Source: Lingula anatina (Eukaryota > Animalia > Brachiopoda). Taken from it: DNA of 64,000 nucleotides. Each line of letters begins with the position of its first letter. Position 1 is the first letter of the stretch. The notes beneath the pieces are model-generated. The model had not been told where the DNA came from, ran no database searches, and saw nothing but the letters and a program-made list of their open reading frames with translations. The stretch lies in NCBI GenBank assembly GCA_051362555.1, contig CM120641.1, positions 43,096,401 through 43,160,400 of the forward strand. Direction: 5' to 3'. Shown here in pieces: positions 41,144 to 54,100 of this stretch. Both the position numbers and the translations under genes were made by a program.

Positions 41144-44100
41144 ATGGCCGCCAATAGATGTTCGTTCTTGATATTTATTGCCACAGCAATCATATTTGTT
41201 GTCCTGTTGACTGTATTTGGTTACTACGGTGGCGGTAGGTTCTTAAATTTCAATGATAACGATAGTAATACTTTTATTTTCTCAATAAGAATTTTAACCC
41301 ATGGTTTTGAAGTTTTAGTTTCATAGTGTAAATACAATTGCAACAGACTATTAAAAGACTTACGATAATCAATTTAAAAAGATATATTTATCAAAATAGT
41401 ATACCAGATATACGTCCAGTTTATGCCTTCCCGACAATAACTCACACCTGACAAATTTTCCCTAGGTCCTGGTTAAACGACATTTTCCCCCGACTCAACA
41501 GCCTTTAATCACCCATTTTTGAGAGACACCAGCAGCAATTTTGAAAAAAAAAAGACAAGCTTAAGCGGATAGATTTTGGGAAATCGTGAGACTCTCATAT
41601 CATAACACGAGTTATTTTCAAACTATGTCAAGTGATGACAAACTATGACTAACGAGGTTGAACAGGGGACGGTGAATATGTCAAATTATGTTTTTAATAT
41701 TTTAACTGCCATTAGGTTCATTCAACAAGAAACGATTCGTGCTCTAAGTATTCCTTCAAATCCTGGCTTGGATTACCTTAATTATTCGTGTGATTTAAAA
41801 TTTTTATATCGTGACAGCATGCTCTTAGGACATTTATCATAGCCAAAACAGACCCAATATACATATAGTGACATGCCGAATTTCATAAATTGCACATTTA
41901 TAAGTATTTTCTGCTAAGGCCTTGAAAGCCAACTTTGGGATTTGGTCTGGGCCAAGTGAATTATTCTTCCTCTTATTCCTTGTTCTAGACCTGTTGGCTT
42001 AGAAAACTTAAAGGGATAACAACTGTTCGTATGATATCCATATTTCACAATAAATACATTGTAAACAACCCACAGAAATATAATAAATCCTTTTTTACCA
42101 CCAAAATGGCAGTTAACGCAATAATTCTGGAATTTGTGTTTGCCATCACATCACGTGACCTCCAAAGATGACTACACTCTGTAATAATCTCTTAAGAAGA
42201 TATTACAAAATACCTAACTTAAAAAAAAAAAAAAAGAAAACAGGGACTAACTTTGAATGTCGGAATGGATTCGTTAACTACTGGTAAATATGGAAAAATT
42301 CTTTTACCCCAGGAAATCCTTTTTTTGGTCAAAATGAACAGTTGTTATCCCTTTAATCTCGGCAAGTCGTTTTTCAGCATCAGCAATATTTACCATAATT
42401 ATTGTGGTGCAAAGGCCAATATTCACTGTGAGTTTATAGGACATTCTTAGTTGAGTTTTAACTATTATTAAAATCACAAAAAAGTTTTCCAAACATATTT
42501 GAAGAAAATGTTGATTGCGTTGTGCTTTCGCCTATCCTTGCTAATTCTGTTTAGTTTCTCCGCCGTGGGAAGGAGAACGTTTTTTTAATTACTCTTAATA
42601 TTGGTATTAGATCATAATCATGACAGAAATGTTTGAATGATGCTTCCACATATTTGAACTTTTTCAATTGCTGCTCGTTAAGTATATGTGGGGGAGCAAT
42701 TTTAATCCAGACCATGGAACAATAATACTGAATATGGGGTTTAAAACACAAAGTTGTGACTATCATTTGTCTTATTTCAGGTACTTCACTTTCATTAAAT
42801 CTTAAAAAAGTATATCGACCTCGTGTGCTCTGTTGGATTCTTACTACCAAGAAAAACTTTAAAACGAAAGCGAAAGCGGTGAAAGACACATGGTCCAGCA
42901 GGTGTGATGTCAGATTATTCGTTGCTTCAGACAAAGATGACGATTTAAACACAACAGTCTTCAACATAACAGACTCCAGAGAGACTTTGACACAAAAAAC
43001 TTTCGCTGCATTTGAGTATGCCTACAAGCATCATGTCAATGACGCGGATTGGTTTCTCAAAGCAGACGACGATACATACGTCATCATAGACAACTTACGT
43101 CACTTGCTGACGCCATACAATTCAGATCTACCTTGGTACCTGGGTCACCCTATACCGTGTTGTCCTCTGCCGCCCCACCCCCCGGCCGAGCCTTACATGA
43201 GTGGGGGTGCGGGATACGTCATTAGTAAAGGTGCCTTAGAGAAATTTTACCGAGTGGGATTAGGTCAAAAGCTTTGTCCAACCACAGGAAATTATGAAGA
43301 CATGGACTTTGGAAAATGTTTACATAAAATCGGCATTAAAATTGGAAAAACACAAGATTCAAATCATAGGACACTTTTTCATCCCTTTCACCCCGTCACA
43401 ATGATAAATGGAGCTGACCCCAACCTCCCAACGTGGTTTTACATATCTAGGTATCCGGGCCTGGCGGGAAATACCAAGGTGAGAAAATGCTAGAAAATCT
43501 TTTAGCAAGCAGCATAAAGATCTACGTATTTACTTATTTATTATTGTTTCTCTTCCTTTTTTTAAGTTTACACTCATATATGTAAATTTATCTGTTGTTT
43601 TATGATACTTTATAAATTTTCGTCGTCAATGACTCAGTTTGTTATACAGTTCTCAGAAAAACATAATATATTTCAACGTAACTGGACGCATGATTACCGC
43701 CTAACGACTTGTCATTAATCATCAAGAAGCCTGTTAGTATTTAACACAATGCAAACAAGATAAGGTGTGGGTTGAGTCTGGGCTGATCTCAAACCACGTC
43801 TTTGTAAGCCCCTTGCAAACCTCTATATGTGTCATGCAAACCGCACGTTGTATTTTAATTTGGTCTTCTGTGTATAATCCGCTGCAAAGAACTTAAGATA
43901 AGAAATTCCGAGAAGAGGGAGATATCATGACAGATAAGTTTTTAATTATTTGTTTTGACGCAAAGTGGACGATTGGCCTCAAGCTCAATTTAGAAAAGTT
44001 ATTCTACAAGGAATTGTAACTACTTCGAGTTTTCAATTACATGAACTGATTCATGGAACTGTTTTACTGATTAATTCATTATAGAAAGTCAACACTTTTC

Positions 44101-45852
44101 ATAAACTGACATTGATTTCAGTGAAAAATAAACGATGATATAGGACTTAAATACTTCCTCCACAGTCAAAGAGCTTTTCTCGTCAAATGCGGCGACAGTT
44201 TGGCAGTAGGACGTACAAATGAATTCACTGTTACTGATGGCTACGGTTCACTGACGTTTATTTTGGTTTTGTAGAAATAAGGTCACCTGATAACACATTA
44301 AAAAGTTTACTGACTTTGTGACATTACCATAATCGATACAGACAGCTGTTTCTATTTTTCGGATATGAATAGATAGGCCTATGTGGCAAAAAGATAAATG
44401 TTCCCTGTTCAAACACGTGGTAACAAGCCATCTGTTGCCAAGTTTTTATGTACCTGGCCTGTTTTGACGAACGTGTTAAATACACACAATGCCGGTGAGG
44501 CCTTTATAAGGCAAACATTGAAAATTCCTGGAAATTTCAGCACCCCTCGCCTAACCACCAGCCAAATAAAACTTTTCACAGAATCACAACCCATAAAACA
44601 GATATTGGAATAGCGGGAAAGCGAACGCGGCAATCCACTTAAAACCCAATCCTCATGCTTGAATCGCAGAAAAATGCATTAAGTTTATTCTCTTTACAAA
44701 CGTTTTACTTTTTAACTTATCATCATAGTTTTTAGATTTTTCTATCATTTTTGTAGTGGAGAGAGAGAGAGCGAGAGAGAGAGAGAGACCAGTTGTGGAA
44801 TAACTGTACTGAGCGTTTTTAATTTCATGAACACGTTTTTCGAAAAGAATAAACCAGGTGATGAAAACGTAAAAATAAAACAAAACTTAGAAAAACCCAA
44901 AACAAACAAACACAGAAAAAGAAACATATCAGGATAAAAATTTTAAAATATATGAATGGATAAGTAAATAAATGAATAAGCATACAGTATATAATAATGA
45001 CTATATAGATGGGTAGCCATCGCATATATCCCCACACTTCCCCATATAGTGAAGAGAAACTCATCCTCAGAAACAGCAGTCCCTAGATATCTTTGACAAT
45101 ACCTGAGTCCTATATGTATAATAATTGCAAATAATATCCACAATAACAGCATAGGAATTGAGATGAAAAAATTGCTTTATGAAGAAAAAAATATCCACCC
45201 CTGCGGAGAGCCCAGGCCCCTCGCGCTCTACATTTTGAAGGGCCCATCCACATCACTATGATAGATCTTTCAGTCACAAAAGTTTAATTTTCCTCACTCT
45301 AATGGTCCGTGAGGAGATGGCTGAAATTACACAGTAGAAAATTTTAATCATCCACCCCCATGAGCAGCTCTACCCTAAAATTCCGAAGTGTTCATGCACA
45401 TCCCTTATGACAGGTTTATCAGTCACCAAATGAAGCAGATAGCAGAAATTACAATGTAAATAAATTAGAAGCATCCGCTGTCCCTCGTACAGCCCAACCC
45501 CAAGGCGCACTAAAATTCCGAAGTGCCCATGCACATCCCTGATGATAGGTCTATTAATACCCCAAGTTTCAATTTCCTCACTCAAATGATCTCGGAAGAA
45601 ATGGCGAAAATTTCTAACGCACAGTCGCACTGACGCACGGACGGGCGGGATAACATGATCATCAACTTTTGTCACAAATAAATAAATTATAATAATAATA
45701 ATAATAGATATTGATAACGACTTTTGTTTTTTACTTATTTTCAGGGCATAGACACACTGAGCGAGGACACGGTGTCGTTTCACTACGTGGACCCTGGAAG
45801 CATGTATCTAATGCATTTCCTCCTGTACGATATCAGACGACCTGCCAGCTGA
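41144..45852 (+). CDS. C1GALT1: Core-1 beta-1,3-galactosyltransferase (C1GALT1/T-synthase, GT31)-like, copy 1, ~298 aa
   Basis: Exons 41144-41234 (type II membrane anchor), 42781-43478 (RVLCWILT, TWSSRCD, DWFLKADDDTYV, YMSGGAGYV, EDMDFGKC, FHPF) and 45745-45852 (VSFHYVDP..MY, TGA). Confidence 0.9.
42012..42352. mobile_element. TTAA-TSD MITE (Kolobok-like), copy-1 specific
   Basis: TTAA|agggataacaactgttc...gaacagttgttatccct|TTAA; absent from the paralogous intron near 49390. Confidence 0.8.
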
Positions 45853-45989
45853 TGGTGGACTTGAGCGTATAAATAGATTGTTTTGATGATTGATATCAAT
45901 AGAGAGATTTTAAAAACAAAGGGGGGGGGTGCGCCACCCTCCCTAGCTCTCTCTCTCTCTCTCTCTGTATTTGTGCGCACGCGCGCGGC

Positions 45990-46037
<48 letters not shown>

Positions 46038-46886
46038 ACATGGACAAAACTTTGTAATTTTGTCCATGGAGAGAGTAAGAAGTTCCTACTGAAAAATGCT
46101 GAGGACCAACGTTACAGCCGATACTTGAATTCGAATTAGACCGGAGCCACTCGTGATAGTACTGTAATACAACACTGGAATTCAATTCCGAGGCCCTTAG
46201 CACGCATTGGCTGCTTGGTATTACATTTAACGAATGTTCTGTTAGAAACAACTTTGCTAACATATTTTGAAATTTCTTATACGTAAATAAAGCAAACATA
46301 GACAATAGTCAGTGAAATAAAGGACCTGAGAAAGAAACCAAGGTCTATTTCCATGGACTATTACTTTCCCTACGTCCCTTTTTTGTAGTGAAAATCTCGG
46401 GTGGGGTGTAAGCATGAAAGGAATAAATAATTATAATATTATAATATAATAAATAATTATAATATTCTTTTATGACACAAGGTTACTTTGCAATTTATCT
46501 TCTTCAATTTATGCTATGGAATATCACCCAACTAGCCTGTTGATCTCGCAAATGACGGTTAATCGGTTTGCTAAATTACGAGTAAGAAGCCGTAGTGTAT
46601 GTTCATTGTTTGTTATATATTATATTCATAGTTAAATTAGTTGTTGTTTGTGTTTTTTTTATGTTCGGGCTGTTTTGGTCCGTAACACTGAGCAACAAAC
46701 TGGAAAGTTTAAAAAGAATCTGACTACCCATAGGTGGATACAGGGGCCGGTCCTGGGGTCTGGACCCCCCCCCCTTTCTTCCGAAATTACCTTTTTTTGT
46801 AGGTAACTTTCCTAATTTCCCCCCCTTTTCAGATCTGAGTCTTTTTATTTCAAGAAATGCTTGATATCTTGGAAAACACCTTCAGC

Positions 46887-47557
46887 CATCAGGCAAATTT
46901 CAATCAAATATCCTGATAGCCTAATTGATATATCAACGTTAATTCAATTTTCAAATTCAACTTAATTTCAACATTGATTCAACATTGAGGTATCAATGTT
47001 GATTCAACCTTGATGGTTCAACGTTGATTCAACTTTCATAGTCAACGTCATATCAACATAGTTTGAACGTTGACTGTCAAAGTTGATTCAACATTGATAT
47101 CTCAAGGTTGATTCAACCTTGATGGTTCAACGTTGATTCAACTTTCATAATCAACGCCATATCAACATAGTTTCAACATTGACTGTCAACGTTGATTCAA
47201 CATTGATACCTCAAGGTTGATTCAACCTTGATGGTTCAACATTGATTCAACTTTCATAGTCAACGTCATGTCAACATAGTTTCAACATTGACCGTCAACG
47301 TTGATTCAACATTGATACCTCAAGGTTGATTCAACCTTGATGGTTCAACGTTGAGTCAACTTTCATAGTCAACGTCATATCAACATAGTTTCAACGTTGA
47401 CCATCAACGTTGATTCAACATTGATACCTCAAGGTTGATTCAACCTCGATGGTTCAACGTTGAGTCAACTTTCATAGTCAACGTCATATCAACATAGTTT
47501 CAACTTTGACCATCAACGTTGATTCAACATTGATTCAATATTGATTTGCCCGCTGGG
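46887..47557. repeat. 109-bp tandem repeat (~5 units) of caacgttg/gttgattcaac palindromes, probably inside a CMC/EnSpm-like non-autonomous element
   Basis: attcaacct recurs at 47002, 47111, 47220, 47329 and 47438 (period 109); ends ccatcaggcaaat / atttgcccgctggg with an AG dinucleotide on each side. Confidence 0.8.
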
Positions 47558-48156
47558 AGTCTGTTCTTGTTTAAAACGTCAGAATTTAATTTTTTTACTC
47601 TATCTAGTAGGCCTACGTGATGCCTGGGTAAGTATTGAGTATGGTGAGAACGCTGTCCCAGTGGAGGCTATCAACGGGTTTAAATCTGAAGTGCAATATC
47701 AGTTCAAAGGTGAATTGGTTGTCATCTTACAACGTGTTACATATACCCAAGAAGGTCGAAAGAACACAGTTGAGATTAAGAAGCCATTTTAATGTGGAAG
47801 GTAAGTCTGGTTTTCGTAAGTGAATATTTGTATATCAGTTTATCTCATAGCTATCCTTAGGGCACTAATAATATCCTCACATATTGTACGATAGGTTGAA
47901 AGTACAATTTTGTTATTTTAATTTAATTATTTAAAATATTTAATTTAAAAATTGTGGGAGACGGGTTTGAATACAGAGCAAGACTAGATTGAAGTATTTT
48001 GGCGCAATAATGCGTTTACTGAGCCGAGCAGGTGACTCATTTTTTAAAAATAAGTTATATTTTGGTTAATATTCATAATGAGCTGATTCCCGTACAATTG
48101 TAATGATGAAAATTCTATTTCAGTCTGTATGGGACGTTCATTGCTGAAGCTCCCTC

Positions 48157-51100
48157 ATGGCCGCCAATAGAAGTTCGTTCGTGACATTTATTGCCACAGC
48201 TCTCATATTTGTTGTCCTGTTGACTGTATTTGGTGGCGGTAGGTTCTTAAATTTCAATGATAACGATAGTAATACTTTTATTTTCTCAATAAGAATTTTA
48301 AAGATGCATACAAAGTCAATTTTATGTCACAAAAACCAATGAAATGCCAGCATATAGTTTCAAGTAGTATAACTAAGAGAATTACCAAAAGGCATTGTTT
48401 AATTTTACCCGAAAATGATGTTTGAATGGATTTTTCTGCTGGCATTCTAAGCTGTATGTCAATGGGGCAGGAAAGTAGGTCACGAAAGTAGGTTAAATTT
48501 ACAACCAAAAATTGAAAGAAAGAAGCAGTCTAAAGGTCTTTTATGGCTGATCGAGTGATCTATTCAGTTTATCCCTTGGCATGTCGAATTTATTTGAGTC
48601 ATATAAGAATCTAGTAGAAGTGGTTTACATGTGTTATGGGAATCCACGCTCCACCGATGCTCGGTTCGTATGTACCTTTAACCCATGATTTTGAAGTTTT
48701 AGTTTCATAGTGTAAATACAATTGCAACAGACTATTAAAAGACTTAAGATAATCAATTAAAAAAAGATATATTTATCAAAATAGTATACCAGATATACGT
48801 CCAGTTAATTCCTTCCCCACAGTAACTCACTTATCAAAAATTTTCCCTAGGTCCTGGGTAAACGACATTTTCCCCCGACTCAACAGCCTTTAATCACCCA
48901 TTTTTGAGAGACACCAGCAGCAATTTTGAAAAAAAAAAATAAAGACAAGCTTAAGCGGATAGATTTTGGGAAATCGTGAGACTTACATATCATAACACGA
49001 GTTATTTTCAAACTATGTCAAGTGATGACAAACTATGACTAACGAGGTTGAACAGGGGACGGTGAATATGTCAATTTATGTTTTTAATATTTTTAACTGC
49101 CATTGAGTCAGTTCAACAAGAAGCGATTCGTGCTCTTAGTATGCGTTCAAATCCTGGCTTGGATTACCTTAATTATTCGTGTGATTTAAAAGTTTTATAT
49201 CGTGACAGCGTGCTCTTAGGACATTTATCACAGCTAAAACAGACCCAATATACATTGTGACCTGGGAAATTTCATAAATTGCACATGTATAAGTATTTTC
49301 TGCTACGCCCTTGAAAGCCAACTTTGGGATTTGGTTTGGGTCAAGGAAATAATTCCTAACCATAATCCCTTGGTCTAGACCTGTTGTCTTAAGTCGTTTT
49401 TCCACATCAGCAATTTTAACCATAATTATTGTGATGCATAGGCCAATATTTACTGTGAGTTTATAGGACATTCTTTATTGAGTTTTAACTATTATTAAAA
49501 TCACAGAAAAGTTTTCTAAACATATTTAAAGAAAATGTTGATTGCGTTGTGCTTTCGCCTATCCTTTATTCCTCCTTCTAAAATTCTGTTTAGTTTCTCC
49601 ACCGTGGGAAGAACGTTTTTTTTAATTACTCGTGATATTGGTATTAGATAATTATCATGACAGAATTGAATTTGAATGAAACTTCCACATATTTGAACTT
49701 TTTCAATTGCTGCTCGTTAAGTATACGTGGAGGAGCAATTTTAATCCAGACAATGGAAAAATAATATCGGGTTTAAAACACAAAGTTGTGACTATCATTT
49801 GTCTTATTTCAGGTACTTCACTTTCATTAAATCATAAAAAAGAATATCGACCTCGTGTGCTCTGTTGGATTCTTACTACCAAGAAAAACTTTAAAACGAA
49901 AGCGAAAGCGGTGAAAGACACATGGTCCAGCAGGTGTGATGTCAGATTATTCGTTGCTTCAGACAAAGATGACGATTTAAACACAACAGTCTTCAACATA
50001 AAAGACTCCAGAGAGACTTTGACACAAAAAACTTTCGCTGCATTTGAGTATGCCTACAAGCATCATATCAATGACGCGGATTGGTTTCTCAAAGCAGACG
50101 ACGATACATACGTCATCATAGAGAACTTACGTCACTTGCTGACGTCATACAATTCAGATCAGCCTTGGTACCTGGGTCACCCTATGCCGTGTTGTCCTCT
50201 GCCGCCCCACCCCCCGGCCGAGCCTTACATGAGCGGGGGTGCGGGATACGTCATTAGTAAAGGTGCTTTAGAGAAATTTTACCGAGTGGGATTAGGTCAA
50301 AAGCTTTGTCCAACCACAGGAAATTATGAAGACATGGACTTTGGAAAATGTTTACATAAAATCGGCATTAAAATTGGAAAAACACAAGATTCAAATCATA
50401 GGACACTTTTTCATCCCTTTCACCCCGTCACAATGATAAATGGAGCTGACCCCAACCTCCCAACGTGGTTTTACATATCTAGGTATCCGGGCCTGGCGGG
50501 AAATACCAAGGTGAGAAAATGCTAGAAAATCTTTTAGCAAACAGTATAAAGATCTACGTATTTATTTAATTATTATTGTTTCTCTTCCTTCTTTTTTTAA
50601 TTTAACACTCATATATGCATATTCATCTGTTGTTTTATGATATTTTATAAATTTTCGTCGTCAATTGTTATACAGTTCTCAGAAAAATATAATATACTTC
50701 AACGTAACTGGACACATGATTACCGCCTAACGACTTGTTATTTATCATCAAAACATGTTAGTATTTAAACAAGATAAGGTGTGGGTTGGGTCTGGGCTGA
50801 TCTCAAACCACGTCTGTCTAAATCCCTTGCAAACCTCTATATGTGTCATGCAAACCGCAAGGTGTATTTTAATTTGGTCTTCTGTGCATAATCCGCTGCA
50901 AAGAACTTAAGATAAGAAATTCCAAGAAGAGGGAGATATCATGACAGATAAGTTTTTAATTATTTGTTTTGACGCAAAGTGGAAGATTGGCCTCAAGATC
51001 AAGTCAGAAAGGTTATCCTACACACACTTAGTGTCACCCCTACTGAACCAATACTATGGGGGAGATAAATGACTGTGGAATGATATGCTCCTGGTATCAT

Positions 51101-54100
51101 TTTATTAACATCAAATTTCACAAAAAAAATCACAAAATGAGAACAAAATATACATTCTACCATAATATGCAGTTTCAAGTCCATAATTAGTACTTAGTGG
51201 CATAGCCACGTGACCTAATAATAGGTGCCAGTCTACGAGGCAAGGATTCATATAATTGTATGATGCGTTCAGGGCTTATGCTGGCCCGAGCATGAAACAC
51301 TGAATATAACAGATATTACTTTGACATATCATTCCACATATTTTCTATTATGTTTGCATCCAGACTCTGGGCAGGCCACATCACCCTGCGAATGTCCTGT
51401 TGGTCAAACCAATCATCAACTGCTCTGGGCCTTTGACAAGGAGCATTGTCATCCTGGTGAACAAATGGATAATTCCTGTCGCCAAACATGTTAGTAATAG
51501 ATGGTAGCAAGCCTGACTCCAAAACATCGATATATTTCTAGTAATTAATGTTTCCATCAACCACTATCAATTGGCCCACGCCATATATGCTGCTGCAGCC
51601 CCACACCATGATGAATATGCTGCTCCGGGTTAAAAAATTCAGTGCATGTGGTTCAAATGCTTTACCAGCAGTTCGCCAGCATCGTACCCGTCTGTCATCA
51701 GAGGTCAGACCAAAGCGACGCTCATCAGAAAAAAATATAGGACCAATTGTCATGGACTGTCCAGTTCCAAATCCTGTTGACCCCAGTTTACTCTTCGTTG
51801 CCTGTTGTGTAACGATATAAGAGGTTTCAGTCTTGCTACCCTGCTGTACACTCTATGAGCATGTAACCGACGCCTAGCAATTTTCACAGACACATTCTTA
51901 TGTGTGAAATTGTTCCACTGTGTTGTCAACTGACAAGCAGTGTCGAACTTTGATAACCTGGACATCAAAATCAGTCATCGGTCATCACGGACAGTATTTT
52001 TTCTTGGACGACTAATCAGAGGCAATTTGTCTCTTGATCTAGTGTTTCTATACCGAGCCCAGACCCTCTGCACGGTTCTGACTGAACAATTCAATTGCAA
52101 TTGCTTATATTCCGCCTCTTCAGGTTAATAACTTGCACCTATAACCGTTAGATAATTGCCTGTATCTTGCCATATTGGCACCCTGAGCTTCAGAGCTAAC
52201 TTGACACTAACCTTTTCACTGTAGCCTATCTCCATCGTGTCAAGTAACCTCTGACCAGATTCGAGTGCCCCCGCCGCCCGCCAATCAAATTTAAAGCCCG
52301 CACTCAATGACTCATTGAACGATCTAGCCAATGAACGCGAACGAGTCAAAGCGCGCTTTGTTCAAATCCGGACCAATCAAAGATAAGGCTGAATATCAGG
52401 GACTTGCACTGGGACTTGCCGTAACCTGTGGGCAGCACGCAAAATACATCATCCCTCAGTAGATAATGATGCAGGGCATCATACTGCTCTGGTTTCAATT
52501 CCGATATACTCCATGCTTTCTTTGTGTACGGTTATGCACTCGGAACCACTCGGAACTACTCGGATGTCTCCGCACTCGACAATAACTATGTTGTTAGTAT
52601 GGAGCTTGCGGAATCAGCCGAGGATTGCCGATTGACGATCAACCAATCAGCGTTTTCACCAAACTTTGGTGAAAAATTTTGAAACATGGATTCGATTGGC
52701 TTATATAAAATAGGTCAAACTATTTTCGTCAGAGGTTACTTGACACGATGGAGATAGGCTACAGTGAAAAGGTTAGTGTCAAGTTAGCTCTGAAGCTCAG
52801 GGTGCATATTGGAGGAAGACAGGAATAACATTTGCTGTACATGTACAAGACCAACAATACAATTCCATGGTATAGCGGTTTTATACTCATTAGTCACATT
52901 ATAAGTAAGCCAATCATTATAACTACCCAAGATCTGCCTACTTTTATTACTCTGAATTAGGGGGTGACACTTCTATTGTCCAGTGTGTGTACAAGGAATT
53001 GTAACTACTTCGAGTTTTCAATTACACGAACTGATTCCTGGAACTGTTTTACTGATTAATTTTAGAAAGTCGACACTTTTCATAAACTGACATTGATTTC
53101 AGTGAAAAATAAACGATGGTATAGGGCTTTAATGTAACTACATGTGCAAATAGTTCCTCCACAGTCAGAGAGTTTTTCTCGTCAAACGCGGCGACAGTTT
53201 GGCAGTAGGACCTATATATACTTAGAGAACAAATGAATTCACTTTTACTGATGGCTACGGTTCAATGACGGTTATCTTGTTTTTGTAGAAATAAGGTCAC
53301 CTGATAACACATGTAACATTTAACTGATGTTGTGTCATTACCATATAACTTATACAGACAGCTGTTTCTATTTTTCGGATATGAATAGATAAGCATTTGT
53401 GGCAAAAATGATAAATGTTCCCTGTTCAAACACGTGGTAACACGCCATCTGTTGCCATGTTTTTATGTACCTGGCCTGTTTTGACGAACGGGTTAAATAC
53501 ACACAATGCCGGTGAGGCCTTTATATGGCAAACATTGAAAATTCCTGGAAATTTCAGCACCCCTCGCCTAACCACCAACCAAATAAAACCTTTCACAGAA
53601 TCACAACCCATAAAACAGATATTGGAATAGCGGGAAAGTGAACAAGGCAATTCACATAAAACCCAATCCTCATGCCTGAATCGCAGAAAAATGCATTAAG
53701 TTTATTCCCTTTACAAACGTTTTACTTTTTAACTTATCATCATAGTTTTTAGATTTTTCTATCATTTTCGTAGTGAAGAGAGAGAGAGAGAGAGACCAGT
53801 TGTGGAATAACTGTACTGTTACGTTTTTAATTTCATGTACACGTTTTTTGAAAAGAATAAACCAGGTGTTGAAAGCGTAAAGATAGAACAAACTTAAAAA
53901 AATCCAAAACAAACAAACAAACAAACATAGAAAAAGAAACATATCAGGATAAAAAATTTAAAACATATGAATGGATAAGTATATAAATGAATAAGCATAC
54001 AGTATATAATAATGACTATATAGATGGGTAGCCATCGCATATATCCCCACACTTCCTCATATAGTAAAGAGAAGCTCATCCTCAGAAACACCAGTCCCTA

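Larger units (their letters stand above)
51021..52989 (-). mobile_element. Tc1/mariner (DD34E-type) transposon, decayed
   Basis: TA TSD (51019-20 and 52990-91); TIRs cacacact..agtgtcacccc; empty site in the paralogous intron at 44005-44006. Confidence 0.9.

Noticed and set aside
44398-46305. ORFs repeated in both duplicated units (e.g. MFPVQTRG..., MKRHRVLAQ...)
   Set aside because: Intronic, antisense or UTR sequence shared only because of the recent duplication; frames differ between copies.
46981-47545. Regular repeat resembling a CRISPR array
   Set aside because: No unique spacers, whole 109-bp units repeat, eukaryotic context, no cas genes.
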